A program made the position numbers and the translations under genes. Shown piece after piece: positions 1 through 13,374 of a stretch of DNA of 64,000 nt. Positions within the stretch are counted from its first letter, which is position 1; each line of letters starts with the position of its first letter. The notes beneath the pieces were generated by a model that saw nothing but the letters and a program-made list of their open reading frames with translations, was not told where the DNA came from and searched no databases. Source of the DNA: Moniliella sp. 'wahieum' (Eukaryota); the NCBI GenBank assembly GCA_003971905.1, contig RSEE01000010.1, positions 682,001-746,000 on the forward strand, in the 5' to 3' direction.

Positions 1-549
1 GACGGGGCAGCGGCTTGGTGTTGTATTGGAGGTTCATTACATTCATGTCCCTGCTAACCCTCTGTAGGTGGCGTGGACTTATAAAGGCAGCTGTCGAGGA
101 GGGGGGGGGGGAGTGATGCTCTTGAGCTTGTGCCCGGATAATGCTAACTATAGGGTGCAGCAATATGCAGCATGGCTTAGAGGGAGGACTCTGCCACAAC
201 GAGGTACACCAAGTATTCGTGTCCATCCAATCCTCCTCGTTTTCCTCATCAAAATATCTTCTTGGTCTAAAACGTTGCCGGGAGTTGATAAGATGTTCTT
301 CCGCCACTGTGCCCTCGATCTTTCCAAGTCCTCCACAGGCCCCGTCGTAATGTTCGAAAAGAAGACTTGCGTCTGTGGGGTCTTTGGCCGTTTTGACGGC
401 CGAGGTGGAGGCAATAACAAAGAAATTTCTACTCTGACTAAAGGATGGAAGAGTAACCGAATCTCCCCGACGGTCTCCAAAAGGGGAATTGCTTGAAAGA
501 GGGGTTGCTTTGGATGCCGAGATGTTCCGCGGTAAACAAAACGCGTGAT

Positions 550-568
550 ACACACACACACACACACA
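550..568. repeat. (AC)n microsatellite
   Basis: Direct reading: acacacacacacacacaca. Confidence 0.9.
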
Positions 569-639
569 AAGGGGTTAGAAAGATGTAGAGAAGTAGGGTC
601 ATATGCACAGCTGGTGTGAGCATTATGCGTGTGTGGCAG

Positions 640-2782
640 GTCAAACCTTCACGGTGTGTGATCTTTGGGCACCAAATTGGATGGACCGTCTGGCGTATGG
701 TGTGGCGTAGTACACCAACAAAGGTTTCATCGCAGTCGACGAGGATAATAACGTCACGAGACTTGTTGGCACATGATAAGACCCATATTTGATGCATTCT
801 GAGCTTCTCTTGGGCGTGTTGCTGACGGCATCCATGAATTGACATGAATGTTGCCCCTTTGCCCTCATGGTCTTTTAGTACGGATGGGAAGCAGAGGAGG
901 GGGGGTATAATATCATGGTGATATAGGCAGCAGAGGACAACAGAGGACGCCAAGAGCAATGTATAAGAAGATCAGCGTTAAAGAGAGTTACAATCCTTGG
1001 CTTCGTTAACGCAAAACATACCATCCTTTTGGCCTGATCAGGCCAGGTTATGTATCTTCTTTTGTAAACATGTGGTTTACAGAGAACGCCGGGACAAAGA
1101 AGCGTGCTAAACCTAAACCGACGTGCTCATCCGATGTGTATTGCTTGTTGGCGACAAACCCATTTAGGAAACGAGACAAACCTACCAGCATATCAAGACT
1201 TCTGCCGTCGGCCATCCGTCCCCATACCCGACTCGTGTGAATAGACGAATGAATCAAGAAGTAGACACCCGAACGGTGAACCATCTCCATTGAGACTCAG
1301 TAGTCAATAATTCTTTCCGTGGCGCCCAAACATCGATTCTTGCTCGCTATATTTTGGTGCCATAGTATCCTCGCGTCGTCAGAACCGAAGGGAAGAAGAA
1401 GGGTTTGGGGGCGTCCCTGATACTTGGTTTTCTTTTGCCATCGCTGCATTCTACGTGTTTTCCTGCATCCGAGCAGCAGCTCTCTTCCCGGCGTTCTAAA
1501 GATGCCGCGATATTCTCGTATAACACTCTGTTGTGGTACGCAGTCTTCATCGCCTCCTGCTTTCCCGAACCCCGCAACGTGTGTGGTACACCTCCATTCC
1601 TGATCCTCCGTATGCTCTACAAGTCCCATCACACTCTGTAGTCAGCACGCTTCGCCTTCTTCCCACGCCTCGTCCCATGCTCTTCCTCCCCAGTCAACTC
1701 GTTGGGATGTAGGTGTTAGGATGAAGCGCACGAGCTGGAGAATGAGCACCCGCACCACCTCGTGCAATGCACCGAATTTGGACCAGGTGCGAGTGCAAGA
1801 CATGTGCCAACCGAGAACATCATACCCCACACTTCTATATACGCTGCGTGGAACGGCACAAGATGCGGAGCTGAACACCAACCTGACCCCGCTTGTCAGT
1901 GAGCCGGAGGCAAGCAGCTGATGGGATGGAGGAGAGCCAAGTGTGGTTGAGTGCGTCGCTGTGTTCGACCACGTCGCCACCCTGGGTATCGTCAAGCTTC
2001 TTTGAGCATTCATGTTGACTTTTCTCCCAATCCCCCGGCAGCGCTTGCATGGCGTCGTAAAAATGCGTTTGTCGTGCGTTCTTCCAAGGGGGCAACATAA
2101 GTGGTATAAGATCATTGACCTCATTGGCCGCAGCGTGCGTGGGGCGCAATATATATGAGTCTAGGGGCTAAAGCATCTTCTCCCGTCCGGGGAGGCAGAG
2201 GTTCATGAGCGTCAAAGTGATCGTCTTCTGCGTGCTTGAGAGGTCCTTATCGCCCCGATACGTCTGAACTCCATGTAGATGGAGGCATCAATCTAGGCCA
2301 GCACATCATCCAGTTCGCCCACGCCATCATAATAGCACGAGGCGTCCGTGACGGGTGATGCCATCAACCTTGGGTGTGTCCTACCTCAGGCTGGCCAGTT
2401 GGTGTCGGAGCCACGATCAGTGACAGTCCTCCCCTCTCACGTAAGTACCCGGGCCTTGAGTCCATCCTCCCGAATCTGGTTTTGGTCCCGTTCGACACAT
2501 TTGCTGTACACAGGTTGAGGGCGAGGCTGGACTTGTCTTCTTCCAAAATCTCCGCAGCTCGGGCGGTAATGCCTGTCTCTTGTCCGAAAATGATGTAATG
2601 TCGTCCATCAGGTAAGCCATCACGAGGTGCCCCCCCCAGTTTGTCTTGTAACTTCTAAAGTGGGCCACACTGCAACATGGAGAAGAAGAACGAGACGGAT
2701 CGCCCTGTCCGACGCCTCCTTTGCCGACATGACACCATCTCATTTCCGCCCGACGCAACCCAAAGCTCGGTGGGGGTGCCAT
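640..2782 (-). other. Possible fragmented orphan gene or degenerate element; product unknown
   Basis: Chain of overlapping minus-strand ORF fragments with protein-like composition (e.g. EVNDLIPLMLPPWKNARQTHFYDAMQALPGDWEK; VYFLIHSSIHTSRVWGRMADGRSLDMLVGLSRFLNGFV). A TATA-like site lies at about 3084. No family recognised. Confidence 0.25.
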
Positions 2783-3159
2783 AGATCCACCGGCTCAAGT
2801 AAAGGAGAGCGGGGGCATAACGGTGGGGCGTTGGCGAGTGTGTGACGGTTTAAAACATGGTGTTTTGAAAGCGTTTTTAGTAAAATGGAGCTTGGCGAGA
2901 CGACTTATGGGGTTGAAAACATCCCACAACAGTTCCGCTTCGTCCTCCTCAACATCGCCGTTGTCATACGCTCCGTCATCCGCACGATAGGCTCAACTCT
3001 GGCTACTGTATCATCTATCATCTCTCTTCCGCGCACCTTACAGCGGACGCGTGGATGGGTATACGACAGCATATGTGTCTGTTCTATAAAGGGCCGGTGG
3101 CTTACTTCAAGCTTCTCTCAGATCTTCTAACCCCCGCCCAAGACGAGTTGTGAACAGAC

Positions 3160-5240
3160 CATTCAGTTCAGACGGTTGAACGTGTTGAACGTTGGGCGTT
3201 GAGCCTCAGCGTTCAGGCTGAGCGTTCAGCTGAACTGGCAAATGCTAATGGCGATTGGATGGTACGAGCCGGCTTGGGATGAGACTATGGGGTGGCACGG
3301 ATACTCCCCAAAAGGACACCAGTCATCGAGTACACGTTGAGTTGCCCAGAATGCACCGTGTTCCCACACGTTGGTATGGGCCGCAGTCACCGGTGACGCA
3401 CCCTGAGGCCTCAGCCTGAGGCCTGACGTGTGACATGTGATGGCCACCGGTCGCCGGACAGGCCAGAACTTGATGATCGATGATCGATGATCTGTGACAT
3501 GCGATCGGTGATCTCACCGGTCACCCGATCAGAGTATTTGTGACATTGATTGTTGAGATGTTGACACGTTGAATGGCTGGCATATTCACGCCTCGGCGTC
3601 ATGCATCAGCTGAGCGCTGAGCCTCAGCAGGGCTGAGCTGGAGCATAGCAGCTATATCGCCAGCCCACCGCCATGGAACCCAGGGTACAATATCGTTCGT
3701 TAATCGGGCTCTCCAATCTCTTACTGTTAGTGAAGCGCCAAAAGACAGCCTAGGCTAGGCGAGTATGTAGGTGACAGTGTAGTATCGGGTGTCGGATTGT
3801 TAGATCTCAAATGCTTGTCAGAGTTCGAGAACGTGGGGCGACGCACGTGGGAGCCCCAGGTTGTGTGTTCGATGATCGATGAATTGGTAAACGAGCACGT
3901 ACTTTAAGATCTAAGATCTAAGAGCATGAGAGTACTCGTACTGAGTACCTGAGAATACAAATGTACTAGCTTGTACTAGCTGGAGTACAGCTAGTTGAGA
4001 CGCACATACACTCCGTGTTCCACTTCTTCATCGAGACGAGGTATGTCGTTCCCGCGGTTTCGTGCTTTCCACAGCCCTGGCTACTCTGACGCTCTCAGAT
4101 ATCAATATATGAATGCGCAGTGCCCGGGGGATCCTAGCACTCTCCTTGTCCGAGGCCCATGGGAGGCGCACTGCCGCGCCGTCCGCCACGTCCAACCGGG
4201 GTGGATGGAGCCACCCTCCAATGAATATTGAATAACCAAGTAAGCGAACACCGTGAACCCTATATCGAAGCACCCTGCCTGGGAAGAAACAGGGTGACTG
4301 TACTGACATGCATGATGCATGACATGTACGAGTACACAGAGTACTCAGACTGAGTAACTGAGTACTGACATTACTGGCATTGAACATGCGACAATGTCAC
4401 AGGTTTTATGGACATGCAACAGGACAGTGCCCCGAAAAGGCTGTAGCTATGCCAGTGCTGTGCCAGTGCTGTGTAGGCTGTGCCTGGACAACGTACACGT
4501 GCTGCTGATAAGGTCGCACACTGCCCCACCGATGCGGGTGCCCACAGAACCCGTAACTTGGGCGAGCGTGGAATCGGGGACGGGGTTGTGGCAGGGTGTG
4601 GCTTGACTTGGTTGTGGCACAATGTTACTGATGCAGATTTTAGTAGTGAATGGCTGGTGGCGGCAGTGGTTTTCGATTGTCGCTTCCCGGTTAATCTTAA
4701 ATGCGGCGATGACATGCCGAAACGCCACAGTTTGTGCTGTTTGTCTCCACACCCGCCACAGCAGACCAGCGGATGGGACACATGTCATTGTCACACATCA
4801 GGACGTCAGGGTGTCAGCACTCAGCATGCCAGCGCCGAGCTGCTGAGGCTCAGGCTGAGCTCCCTACAGCACCCTTGCGGTGATCTAGTCCCGATTCCGC
4901 GGCACCGCCCATTGCACGCAGACGTGGGACACTAATAGTGGCTAGTTGCTATAGTTACTAGTTACTAGTTAAGCTAGTTACCGGTGACGCGGTTATGGCC
5001 GGTTACCGTTATCCCGTTACGCGTTACGCGTTACCGCGTTACAGGCCGGCGAAGTTATGCTTAATACTCTATAGGTACCGGTTAAACACTAACCTTCAAA
5101 CGATAACAAACGTCAGCTGCTTGTTTAGTTCAGCTAGATCGGAGGCGGGGAGGGGGACATTGACGTGTGACGCGCCGAGTACCTGGTACTTAGTCTAGAA
5201 GTGGCGACTAGTGTGATGCGTGATCATGCGTCATACATGT
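3160..5240. repeat. Intergenic island of 7-bp TNA+4 palindromic lattice upstream of SREBP
   Basis: TGA-TCGA-TGA-TCGA-TGA (3474-3490), TAA-GATC-TAA-GATC-TAA (3905-3921), TGA-TGCA-TGA-CATG (4313), TGA-GTAC-TGA (about 4359), TTA-CTAG-TTA-CTAG-TTA (4955-4971), TTA-CGCG-TTA-CGCG-TTA (about 5017-5033). Confidence 0.85.
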
Positions 5241-5384
5241 TCGTTCGCCCGTATCCCCTCGCTCTGCCTCAGCCGCCAGCCCCGGCGGATTGTTGCTATC
5301 GATACCTTTCGCGCCTCTCCTCCGTGGCCCGCCGGGGCTTCTCCACACCTCTCCACCACCACCACTGTGGCTCTTCTCGCCCCC

Positions 5385-8300
5385 ATGGCCGCCCCTGTCC
5401 AGCAGCAGCCGGCGTACGATGGGTCGCTGGCCATGTACCTCAACAGCGTCGCTCTCAACGGTGGTACTCTGAGCCCGCCAGGCCAGGCGTCTGGCGCAGA
5501 GGGCGCACCGTTTCAGGCCTTGCTCTTCCCCGCTCCGTCGCAGCCCTCGCCACCCGACTGTGACTCCGCTGGACAAGCCCCCGTCAATCCCTGCATGATG
5601 CCTCCCACGCAGCTCCAGACGCCCGGCAGAGTATCCGTTAACACCCCGCCCGGCAGCCCCGGCAACCTGCATGAGTTTGGCACTCCTGCGTTTTCTTCTC
5701 ACTCAGCGTCGGAGCCATCATATGGAATGTCGCTCTCCCCGGGCCCGTCTCCCTCCGATGCTTCAGGCGGCTCCTATCCTTTCCAGCAAACCGTAGGAAC
5801 CGATCGCTTTGGGCCGGGCGGTAAGCCAGTCCATGAGGGCCAGTACCCGCAGCTCGGTTTAGACGTTACCACACTGCTCAGCACATACAGCCCATCTGGG
5901 GGAGAGGACCAACAGCAGCATGTGATGGGTTCTTTCCCTTATTCCGATGCTCCTCCGCAGCCGCAGTCTGAGTTCGGGTCCCAACCTCAGTATTCTCAGA
6001 GCATGAGCGGGCTACAACCAGGTTCTGTTGCTCATTGGTCACAGCCAGCGACTGATGCGTCTTCCGGCGATTCAACTCCTTCCCACCCTTTTTCATTTAC
6101 CTCGGCCGGTCCGTTCGGTTATGATCGTGCTTCCAACTCGGGGGTGGATGCACAAGGCACCGCGGCTGGCGCAGTACAATCCAACATCAGCATTCCCCAG
6201 ATGATTCCTTATGGTGGTACTAAGCAGTTTCCATCGGTTACAGAGTCCATGCCATTTCCCCTCGACCTTCCCCACTTCGCTCGCAACGCCCCCTTTCTCT
6301 CTCCCTTTCGAATATCCAAGATGAACCGACAGTCTCCAACTATTTTGGCAGAGTTCCCTTCCAGGGCAGCCGGCCGTCAAGTCACCACTTTCGGCCACCT
6401 TTGCTCCTGATTTGTCTGTCTGGCAATCAATACAGCCAAAAAGGAACAGGCATCACCGCATTCTCCTTCTTCCTCGAGCCCGCCCCTCGTGGAAACTTGC
6501 CGTTTTCGGAAGCCTCTTCGGGCCATGCCCCTCTTCGTGGAAATGTTGGTCCGATCCGCCGTGGTCGTGGCCGGGCCGCGACCCTTGACGGTACGCCTAA
6601 GGACTTGGCCTTAAAACATCATCTCTCCAAACAGACACCGCAAGACGTCGAGGCGAACAAACGTATCAAGTCCGACACTTCATTGGCCCATAAACTTACT
6701 ATTCGCGCCAAGAACATGGTCAAGATCGAAGAACAGAACGACAAGATGAAGTGGGGCATCCTGCCGCCGGGAGGTACGTTTGTTTCTCACTTTCGATTAT
6801 GATTATCATGGATCATGTGGGTTTCAAGTATATTAAGGCTTGCCATACTGACCCTCCATTTCCGGCAGCGTTTGATAACATCAACGCAATCATGATGCAA
6901 TTGCACTATCGGCAGCAAACTCGCCTCATGCAGCAATCCAACCATCCAACACTCTTTCAAGTGCAAGAAGAGGCTGATGAATCTGAACAAACGACGCGAC
7001 GTCGCAACCGACGCAAGGGCTCGGACCCTGACGAGGCAGCGAGGAACAAGGTACCGCACAACGCGATCGAGCGCCGGTACCGTAACAACATCAATGACCG
7101 CATTGCAAGCCTTCGCAATGCAGTTCCAGCCCTGCGCTACCTCAACCCTAAGAACAATGGGGGCTCTACCCCTCTGCTCCCGCGTAAACCGCGGAAAAAG
7201 GGGGAGCCGGAGGACCTAGTGGACGGCATCAGTGTAGCTACCAAACTCAACAAAGCAACCATTTTGGGCAAAGCGACCGAGTACATTCATCACCTCAAGA
7301 AGCGCGAGCTTCATCTGTCGTCCGAGGTGGAGGGATTGAAGGAGCTCATCCGCTCGTTCCGGGGAGGGGACGATGTGCTAATTGTGTGGCTGCACGAGAT
7401 GGAGCAGACGCGACGGGAACGGGATGCTGAGGAGGCCCGGCTCGCCGCTCTGCGGCCCATCAAAGAGGAGGACAAGTCAGACGATCCCATGGATGACTTG
7501 CTACTTGATTCAGAAGATGATTTAGATGATGTTTCGCCCACCGCCTCTGCCTCTGTTGAAGGCTCGTTTGGGGCAGCTCAGTCCACTGGGTCGTATGTGA
7601 TGGCAGCATTCCTCGGTTTCACTCTTATGGGGACCAACCCGACCTGCACCGTCCTGGTTTAACCGCCCACCCTGGGGCGCGCTTTGGGGGCTTCTAAGCA
7701 ACTTTGGAAGCGTTCCTCTCCCTTCACTTCGACCGGGGTGCACGACGACCACATTTCAACTTGGACCCTCGTCTTCGAGGTGGTCCGCTTCCTCACGTTC
7801 ATAACGTGTGCCCTCTTGACGCTTTACCCAATTTCCGCACGATATTCCAGCAATCTTCCACCTACACAAGACCTCTACTGATCGAGGAAAGCGTAATACG
7901 CTTCGCAATCGCCGTATCGCGTTGGACGCGGCCTTGGCCCTTCCCACATTGACTCCGGTTGCGGTGGATCAGGCCCTTCGGTCCTTTGTTTCAGCACCTC
8001 AATCAGTGCTGGGCGTTCTAACTCGTTTAACCGTGACTTATATCGGTTGGCGATGGAGCAGATTCGTTCCACACGATGGCCCTTCAACCTCTATTGGCGG
8101 CCTCCAACCACCACGTCTTCTTTCCACGTTGGCAGCACGAGCGGAGGCGGATGTGTGGACTCGTTTGCTGGGACTCGAGACAGCCTGGGGCGCCTTTGTT
8201 CAACGTTCCCTGTTCCACAAGGTGCACACTCTCCTTCAAGTAGTTCTGATTGCTCGCGCTGTGGACGAGAAGGAGGAACAACTCAGCAACGGGCCTGACG

Positions 8301-9661
8301 CGATGGAGACCGAGGATGAAGAGGAGACATATATAGTCTCCAGCGACTCAATGGCTGCCCGTTTGCATGGTCTCTTGGCTCTCGCCTTGGCCGCTTGGGC
8401 TCGCCTGCGCATGCCGTAGGTTACCTGATCCGGAAGTACGCCTGTGCCCATTGGAACCGAGCGCAAGCGGGACCGTTTCAGGCCGACTGGCTTACGGGTG
8501 TACTTTCCTTGCCGTTGGAGGACGCGCTGGATCTACTTCCCTCGGAGGCCGAAACATCGAGAGCAGCAGCGTTGGTTGGGGGCGACAAGGATTCGCTGCT
8601 GTTCTTAGGTCGCCCCTTTTTTGGTTGCTAACACCTTAAACATGGCCGATCTCTATGCCATTTGGTCGACCCTCTTTCCCTACCTTATCACTTCGGCCAG
8701 CCCAACCACGTTCAGCGCCCGAGTTCGGCGCGAGAAGGAGTACGCTTTCTCTCCTTCCGGGGGTGCCAGACCAGTGCAGAGGGCAAATCACAGCTACCCG
8801 CCGTCGAGCAGGCGAGCGTCCCTGGTGGGGGAGCAGACGTGAATGCCTTCTTGCGCGATTTTTTATTCGGATGCGCCGTGGCCTCGTCAAGGTTGATCTC
8901 ATTACTTCCTCTTCCTCGCGGACTGCCGAAATCCGAGCAGTACTGGAAGCCCTTCTGGACCAGCTGGAAGCGAAGGCTGTTCAACCCACCCCTGCCTATT
9001 ACCTATTCAGATCACCCTCGCCACCTGGTCATTCCTCCATGCCGACGCGGGCACAGCGGAGGCCTATGCTCGCCCCCTCCTCAACGAGCTCCAGTCTGGC
9101 TCGCCTATGCTGGGAGCGCGGGCAACTGCGACTGCGTGTGTCGACCTCGTCTTTGGTCCCAGCGCCTTGGCTGGCTCCATCTCCCCCTCCAACACGGCCG
9201 CCACTACCGCGAGCCTTGCTGACCGCGCCATCTTTTCGCTAGCTCAAGCGGGCCTGCAGTGGCTCTCCTTTCTGCGCCATTTGGGGCTCAATCGCTCCAT
9301 CTTCCAAGGCGGCCCTTGTGACCCCGTGGTAACCACCACTTGCTCGAGCGCGCGCTTGCTCTTCGCCGGACCCTCACCCGGACCGTTCCACCCCAGTTGC
9401 GTGTCAGGGTGCCTAGCCTAGGGAACGGTGAAGAAGAGCGAGATATGGTCCAATGCCGGCCTTGGACTTGCGGAAGCCCAGGAGGCTGCCACGGACGTGC
9501 TGGGCGATTTTTGTCGCTTTCTCAGCCGACGTGCGGCCGAGGTCCAGCCGATTCCCGGGTGGGAATTGAATGGACGCCCTTTGCCCTCTTCCTCGGGTGG
9601 ATTGAGCGACCTGGTCTGGATCCCCGAGGTGTCGGACAGCGGGCTCATCGACTTGGACTGA
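5385..9661 (+). CDS. SRE1: SREBP-family membrane-tethered bHLH-ZIP transcription factor (Sre1/SrbA-like); several frameshifts; intron about 6774-6868
   Basis: Basic region KVPHNAIERRYRNNINDRI has the SREBP-diagnostic Tyr; helix 2 KLNKATILGKATEYIHHL. Two hydrophobic segments follow (YVMAAFLGFTLMG at about 7590; WTLVFEVVRFLTFITCALLTLYPI at about 7760-7830), then a long C-terminal domain. The N-terminus is Pro/Ser/Gln-rich. Ends are approximate. Confidence 0.85.
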
Positions 9662-10367
9662 TACCAAAAAAAGGCCTATCAGTCTCCCTCCCCACCATTT
9701 TTTCCATTGTTTTATCGTTCCTCTGTGTGACCTTGTATCCCCCAGCAGGGGTCAGCCGGTGTTGGTTACAGGGAGAACCATCTCTGCGCTATTCTGCTTC
9801 ATTTGTTTTTTGCTCTTACGATCCCACCCCCACCCGCCTGCCCGCCCGCCATATATGGGACCCTTTTGTTCCCTATGATTTTCGCACCAAAACCCGCCGG
9901 CTCTGACTCTCCCTCTGGTCATCTTCAATACTTCGCTAATAATTCTCCTTTCACAACTCTGTACCCACGTTTGCAACTATTAATAACTTCTCATTTTATT
10001 CTTCCACTGCGCCTCAAAAAACATTGCTTGGGTCTTATAACCCCTCTATAGCCCGGAATGAGTATATTTATAGTCCGGTATAGGAGGTGAACAATAACAA
10101 CTCGGTCTATTAGTTTTGTCATGGATGAAGAGATGTGAGCAGTGCTATTATGCGTAGAACTGCATTATAGTGATGTACTACGGCAGACAGACAGCGCAGC
10201 GGTCTGAGCTACCAGATTCTGATGAGCGCGAGAACAAAGTAACGAGTTGAGCGAAGAGGTGGGGGTGGTAAGGAAGGATAGAGTGGAAAGCGCCAGCGGT
10301 CTACGAATACTGGTACAAGCGTGGCTTGCAATTACAAAGTCAAGGCCACAAAAGTTATCACCATGAC

Positions 10368-10454
10368 TCCTCAATGGTCCAACGGCTATGATGTCACGCT
10401 TTCAAGCCGTAAGGCAGAACCGTGAAGACCCGGGTTCGACTCCCGGTTGGGGAA
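10368..10454 (+). tRNA. tRNA-Glu(UUC) with a 15-nt intron (10405-10419)
   Basis: Acceptor stem TCCTCAA/TTGGGGA; anticodon arm TCACG-CT-TTC-A-[intron]-C-CGTGA; T-arm CCGGG-TTCGACT-CCCGG. Closely resembles yeast tRNA-Glu(UUC). Confidence 0.93.
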
Positions 10455-10456
10455 CA

Positions 10457-10462
10457 TTTTTT
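10457..10462 (+). terminator. RNA polymerase III oligo(T) terminator
   Basis: T6 run beginning 3 nt after the tRNA discriminator base. Confidence 0.8.
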
Positions 10463-11351
10463 GCCGGTTATTTACGACAAGGAGGCACTGGGCTGCGCAA
10501 GTGGCATAATGTCTACTATCGCACAAGAAGTGCTTCGCCTTTTACAGTGGCTCCTCAATATCCGGTGGAAAAAGGTATCACTCGCGCATCAAAAGTAAGA
10601 AAACGGGGGAGGTGTTGTTGTCACAATCGGGGCTATATAGAAACTATGAGACCAGAGTCGAGACCAATACGCCAAGGGATGTAGCAATGGTTCGTGGGGA
10701 GGAAGCAAGAGCAGAGGACATGGTGCGAAGCGGAAGAAAAAGAGAAGGAGGGAGATGCTCGGGACGAGAGAAATTGGAAATGAGCCTGGCGAGATCACCA
10801 AACTATGACAGTGGTCCCGGGAGGATGCGACACGCACAAGAACGTTTTGTAGGCGTCTCTCGCCAAGTGAGAATATCGAACACGTTTTGAACACATTACA
10901 CCGACGACTTCTACTCCTTTTCTTCCGGCGTTCTACACAAAACTAAGGCGTGTGTTGCCGTCTGCTCGTGTACCACCTTCTGGTACGCAGTCTTGGCCGC
11001 ATTTGTATCAGAGAGCCTCAGACCGTGCGGGTACACTTCCATCTCTGTTCCTCCTAACTCACTTCACTGTTGTAAGTGCTCCTTGCATGACGCGTGACGG
11101 AGGACTGATTACAGCGTATGTGACAGCTACGGGGCACTTCAAGTATAATTGTTGAATTCATATATCGATGGTTGAGCATCGGTGCGAAGACGGTCGACGA
11201 ATATCAGGATAAAGGCGGGGGGAGCAGTTGGTTGGCACTACTGGAAATGGCAAAAGAGCAAAGGGAAAGAGAGCCACAAAAGCCCAAAGGAACAACGGCA
11301 TAGAGCATGGGATCAAAACATATGTGGGATGGAGGTCATGCTTGCGTGCAC

Positions 11352-13374
11352 TTAACCCACCCCGTCGCAGCCAACCCAGCCGCGCTGCGGACGAACCTTC
11401 ATGTTGCCCAACGCGCACGGCTGCATTTGGATGCCTCCACCACGAGCCAGGCCCAATCCGACCATCGTGTGGTACTGGCGCACCTGACCCTTCGAGACGA
11501 GACGGTCAAAGCTCTGGTGGGAGTTGGTGAGCATACCGCGCTGGGCTTCTTCGATGCCCGGGTTCTTTTCGTCCTTTTCCTGGACAATCTTGGCCACCTC
11601 GCGGTCAAGAACGATGCGCTGCTCATGAGCGCGCTCGCCCGCCTGGCGGACGTCGTCCACCAGTTGCTTTGCCAGCTCAGCCTGGCCGGCCTCAACGAGA
11701 CGGGGATGGGTCAAAAGAGCTTGGTCGTCCGCCGGCGACCAGGTCGCGTAGACCTCATCCAGCACTTTCAGAACAGTGGCCAGGTTGTTCGGCAGGTAGC
11801 GCAAAATGTTGCTGCCTCCCGTCGCAAGGGAAAAGTCGGAGTTGTTGATGATGTACTTGCGAGTAAACTGCCAGTGGCGGTGACGGAATTCGCGGACCTG
11901 GTCCGTCAGCAAAATGTACAAAGCCTTTAGAAGGGGTGAGTTGCCCTTGTCGGTGCAGAAAGAACGGACACCCAACTGTGAAGCACGCGCCTCCAGGTGG
12001 GCTAGGTACTCGCGCTGGTCTAAGTAAAGAGAAAATGTTGTCAGTCTCCGCGAGGGCCAAGTAGCTGTTGAAAGATGACTTACTCTTAGGGCGGTAGCGA
12101 CGGAAGTCACGCAGGGTGCGAGTAAACTCGTTGTTTGGCATTTCAGCAGTGAGCTCAAGGAGATTGTCCGCCAACGGAATAATCGAATCATTGGCTCCAC
12201 TTTCCCCACGGAAGTTGGACATGGGGACATCCTCGCCGTTGGGGCCAGCTCCCTGGTACGTAACGCCATTGGGGAACATGGCATTGGCCTTCTGAGTAGG
12301 GGCTCCCTTGGTACCGTAAATGTAGGTACGGAAGTCCAGGTAAGCTTGGGCAAAGAACGGTTCCACATCGACGACATGGATTCCTGCACCTCGCGGAAAG
12401 CAGCCAGAGTGACATAAATGCCCGCTCAGCTTCCTCAACCTTACCAGCCTCGGTGGCTAGAAGCATGTCCTCGGCCGCAGAAAGGAGACGCGCAGAAAAC
12501 GCCAGCATTTCAACATGGACCAAAATGAAGCCCCCTCTGAACCAGCGGGGTTCTGGAAGGCGCGGATCAACTTGAGATTGTCAAATGCGTAGCGCCCCGG
12601 ACCTGTCTTGACGGACAACTCGTGACCAAACTGGCCATCCGCCTGGGCCGACTGCTTAGAAGCAAGCTGGGCCGGGCTGGGGATGTCCTTGTTCTTGAAC
12701 TCATAGTTTTGCAACGCGTACGAAGAAGAGTACTCCATGAAAGGGAAATGACCCAACTCGGTAGCCAATGCAACCAGAGGCTGCGCAATCGCGGCCGGCA
12801 ACAGATCGCGACCCGGTGCATACAGCCCCGTCGCACGGAAAGCCTGATCGGTGGGCTCGAGCAAGTATGCCGAAGTCAGGAAGCACAGATCACGGAACAG
12901 AGCCGAGAGAAGGTGGGTACGATCCACCCCCGGCACGGTGAGCTTGCCGGCAATGACGTCCTGCACCGCCTGCAGGAGAGCAGCGCCATTGGCCGCCCTC
13001 CGGCCCATCAATCAAGGCCTTGTGCACGGCCGGGCCAAACTCCCCCTTGGCCAGCAGTCCCGATGCGGTCGCATCAGTCTCCCCGGGCTGAACGATGGTC
13101 ATGCGGTCCAGGAGCGTGCTGAGCACGTGGAACTCTTTGGGAAGCTGGGCAGCGGGCAGCGGATCCGAACGCGGAAGGAAGCCATGAGCGCGACCAAGAG
13201 TGAATTGGGGAGCTTGGACTGCTCTGAGGCGGGCAGCTCCTCAACGAAGAAAGCGCTGCCCTTGATGGTGTCGCCATTGGCAGCAGCGGCAGTGGCGAGG
13301 TGGCGAGAGAGCCCGGTGGGAACGCGGACCCGAAGAAGGGCAGCCCAGCGAGTAGCGTGCGCGATGGTAGACAT
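11352..13374 (-). CDS. Indoleamine 2,3-dioxygenase-family heme protein (fungal IDO-gamma type); intron about 12020-12083; frameshifted
   Basis: Motifs FRGESGANDSIIP, LRDFRRYRP, EFRHRHWQFTRKYII...ATGGS, LFRDLCFLTSAYLLEP and PFMEYSSSYAL match IDO-gamma-type proteins. ATG at 13374 (MSTIAHATRW). Confidence 0.85.

Noticed and set aside
5205..5235. Autoregulatory sterol-response element upstream of SREBP (GTGTGATGCGTGAT)
   Set aside because: Indistinguishable from the general TGA+4 lattice, so a specific SRE cannot be claimed.
3160..5240. CRISPR-like array or synthetic polylinker (many restriction-site palindromes)
   Set aside because: There are no constant 25-45 bp repeats with unique spacers, no cas genes, and the context is eukaryotic. 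The palindromes are degenerate, tandemly reiterated and recur in many intergenic regions, unlike a cloning linker.
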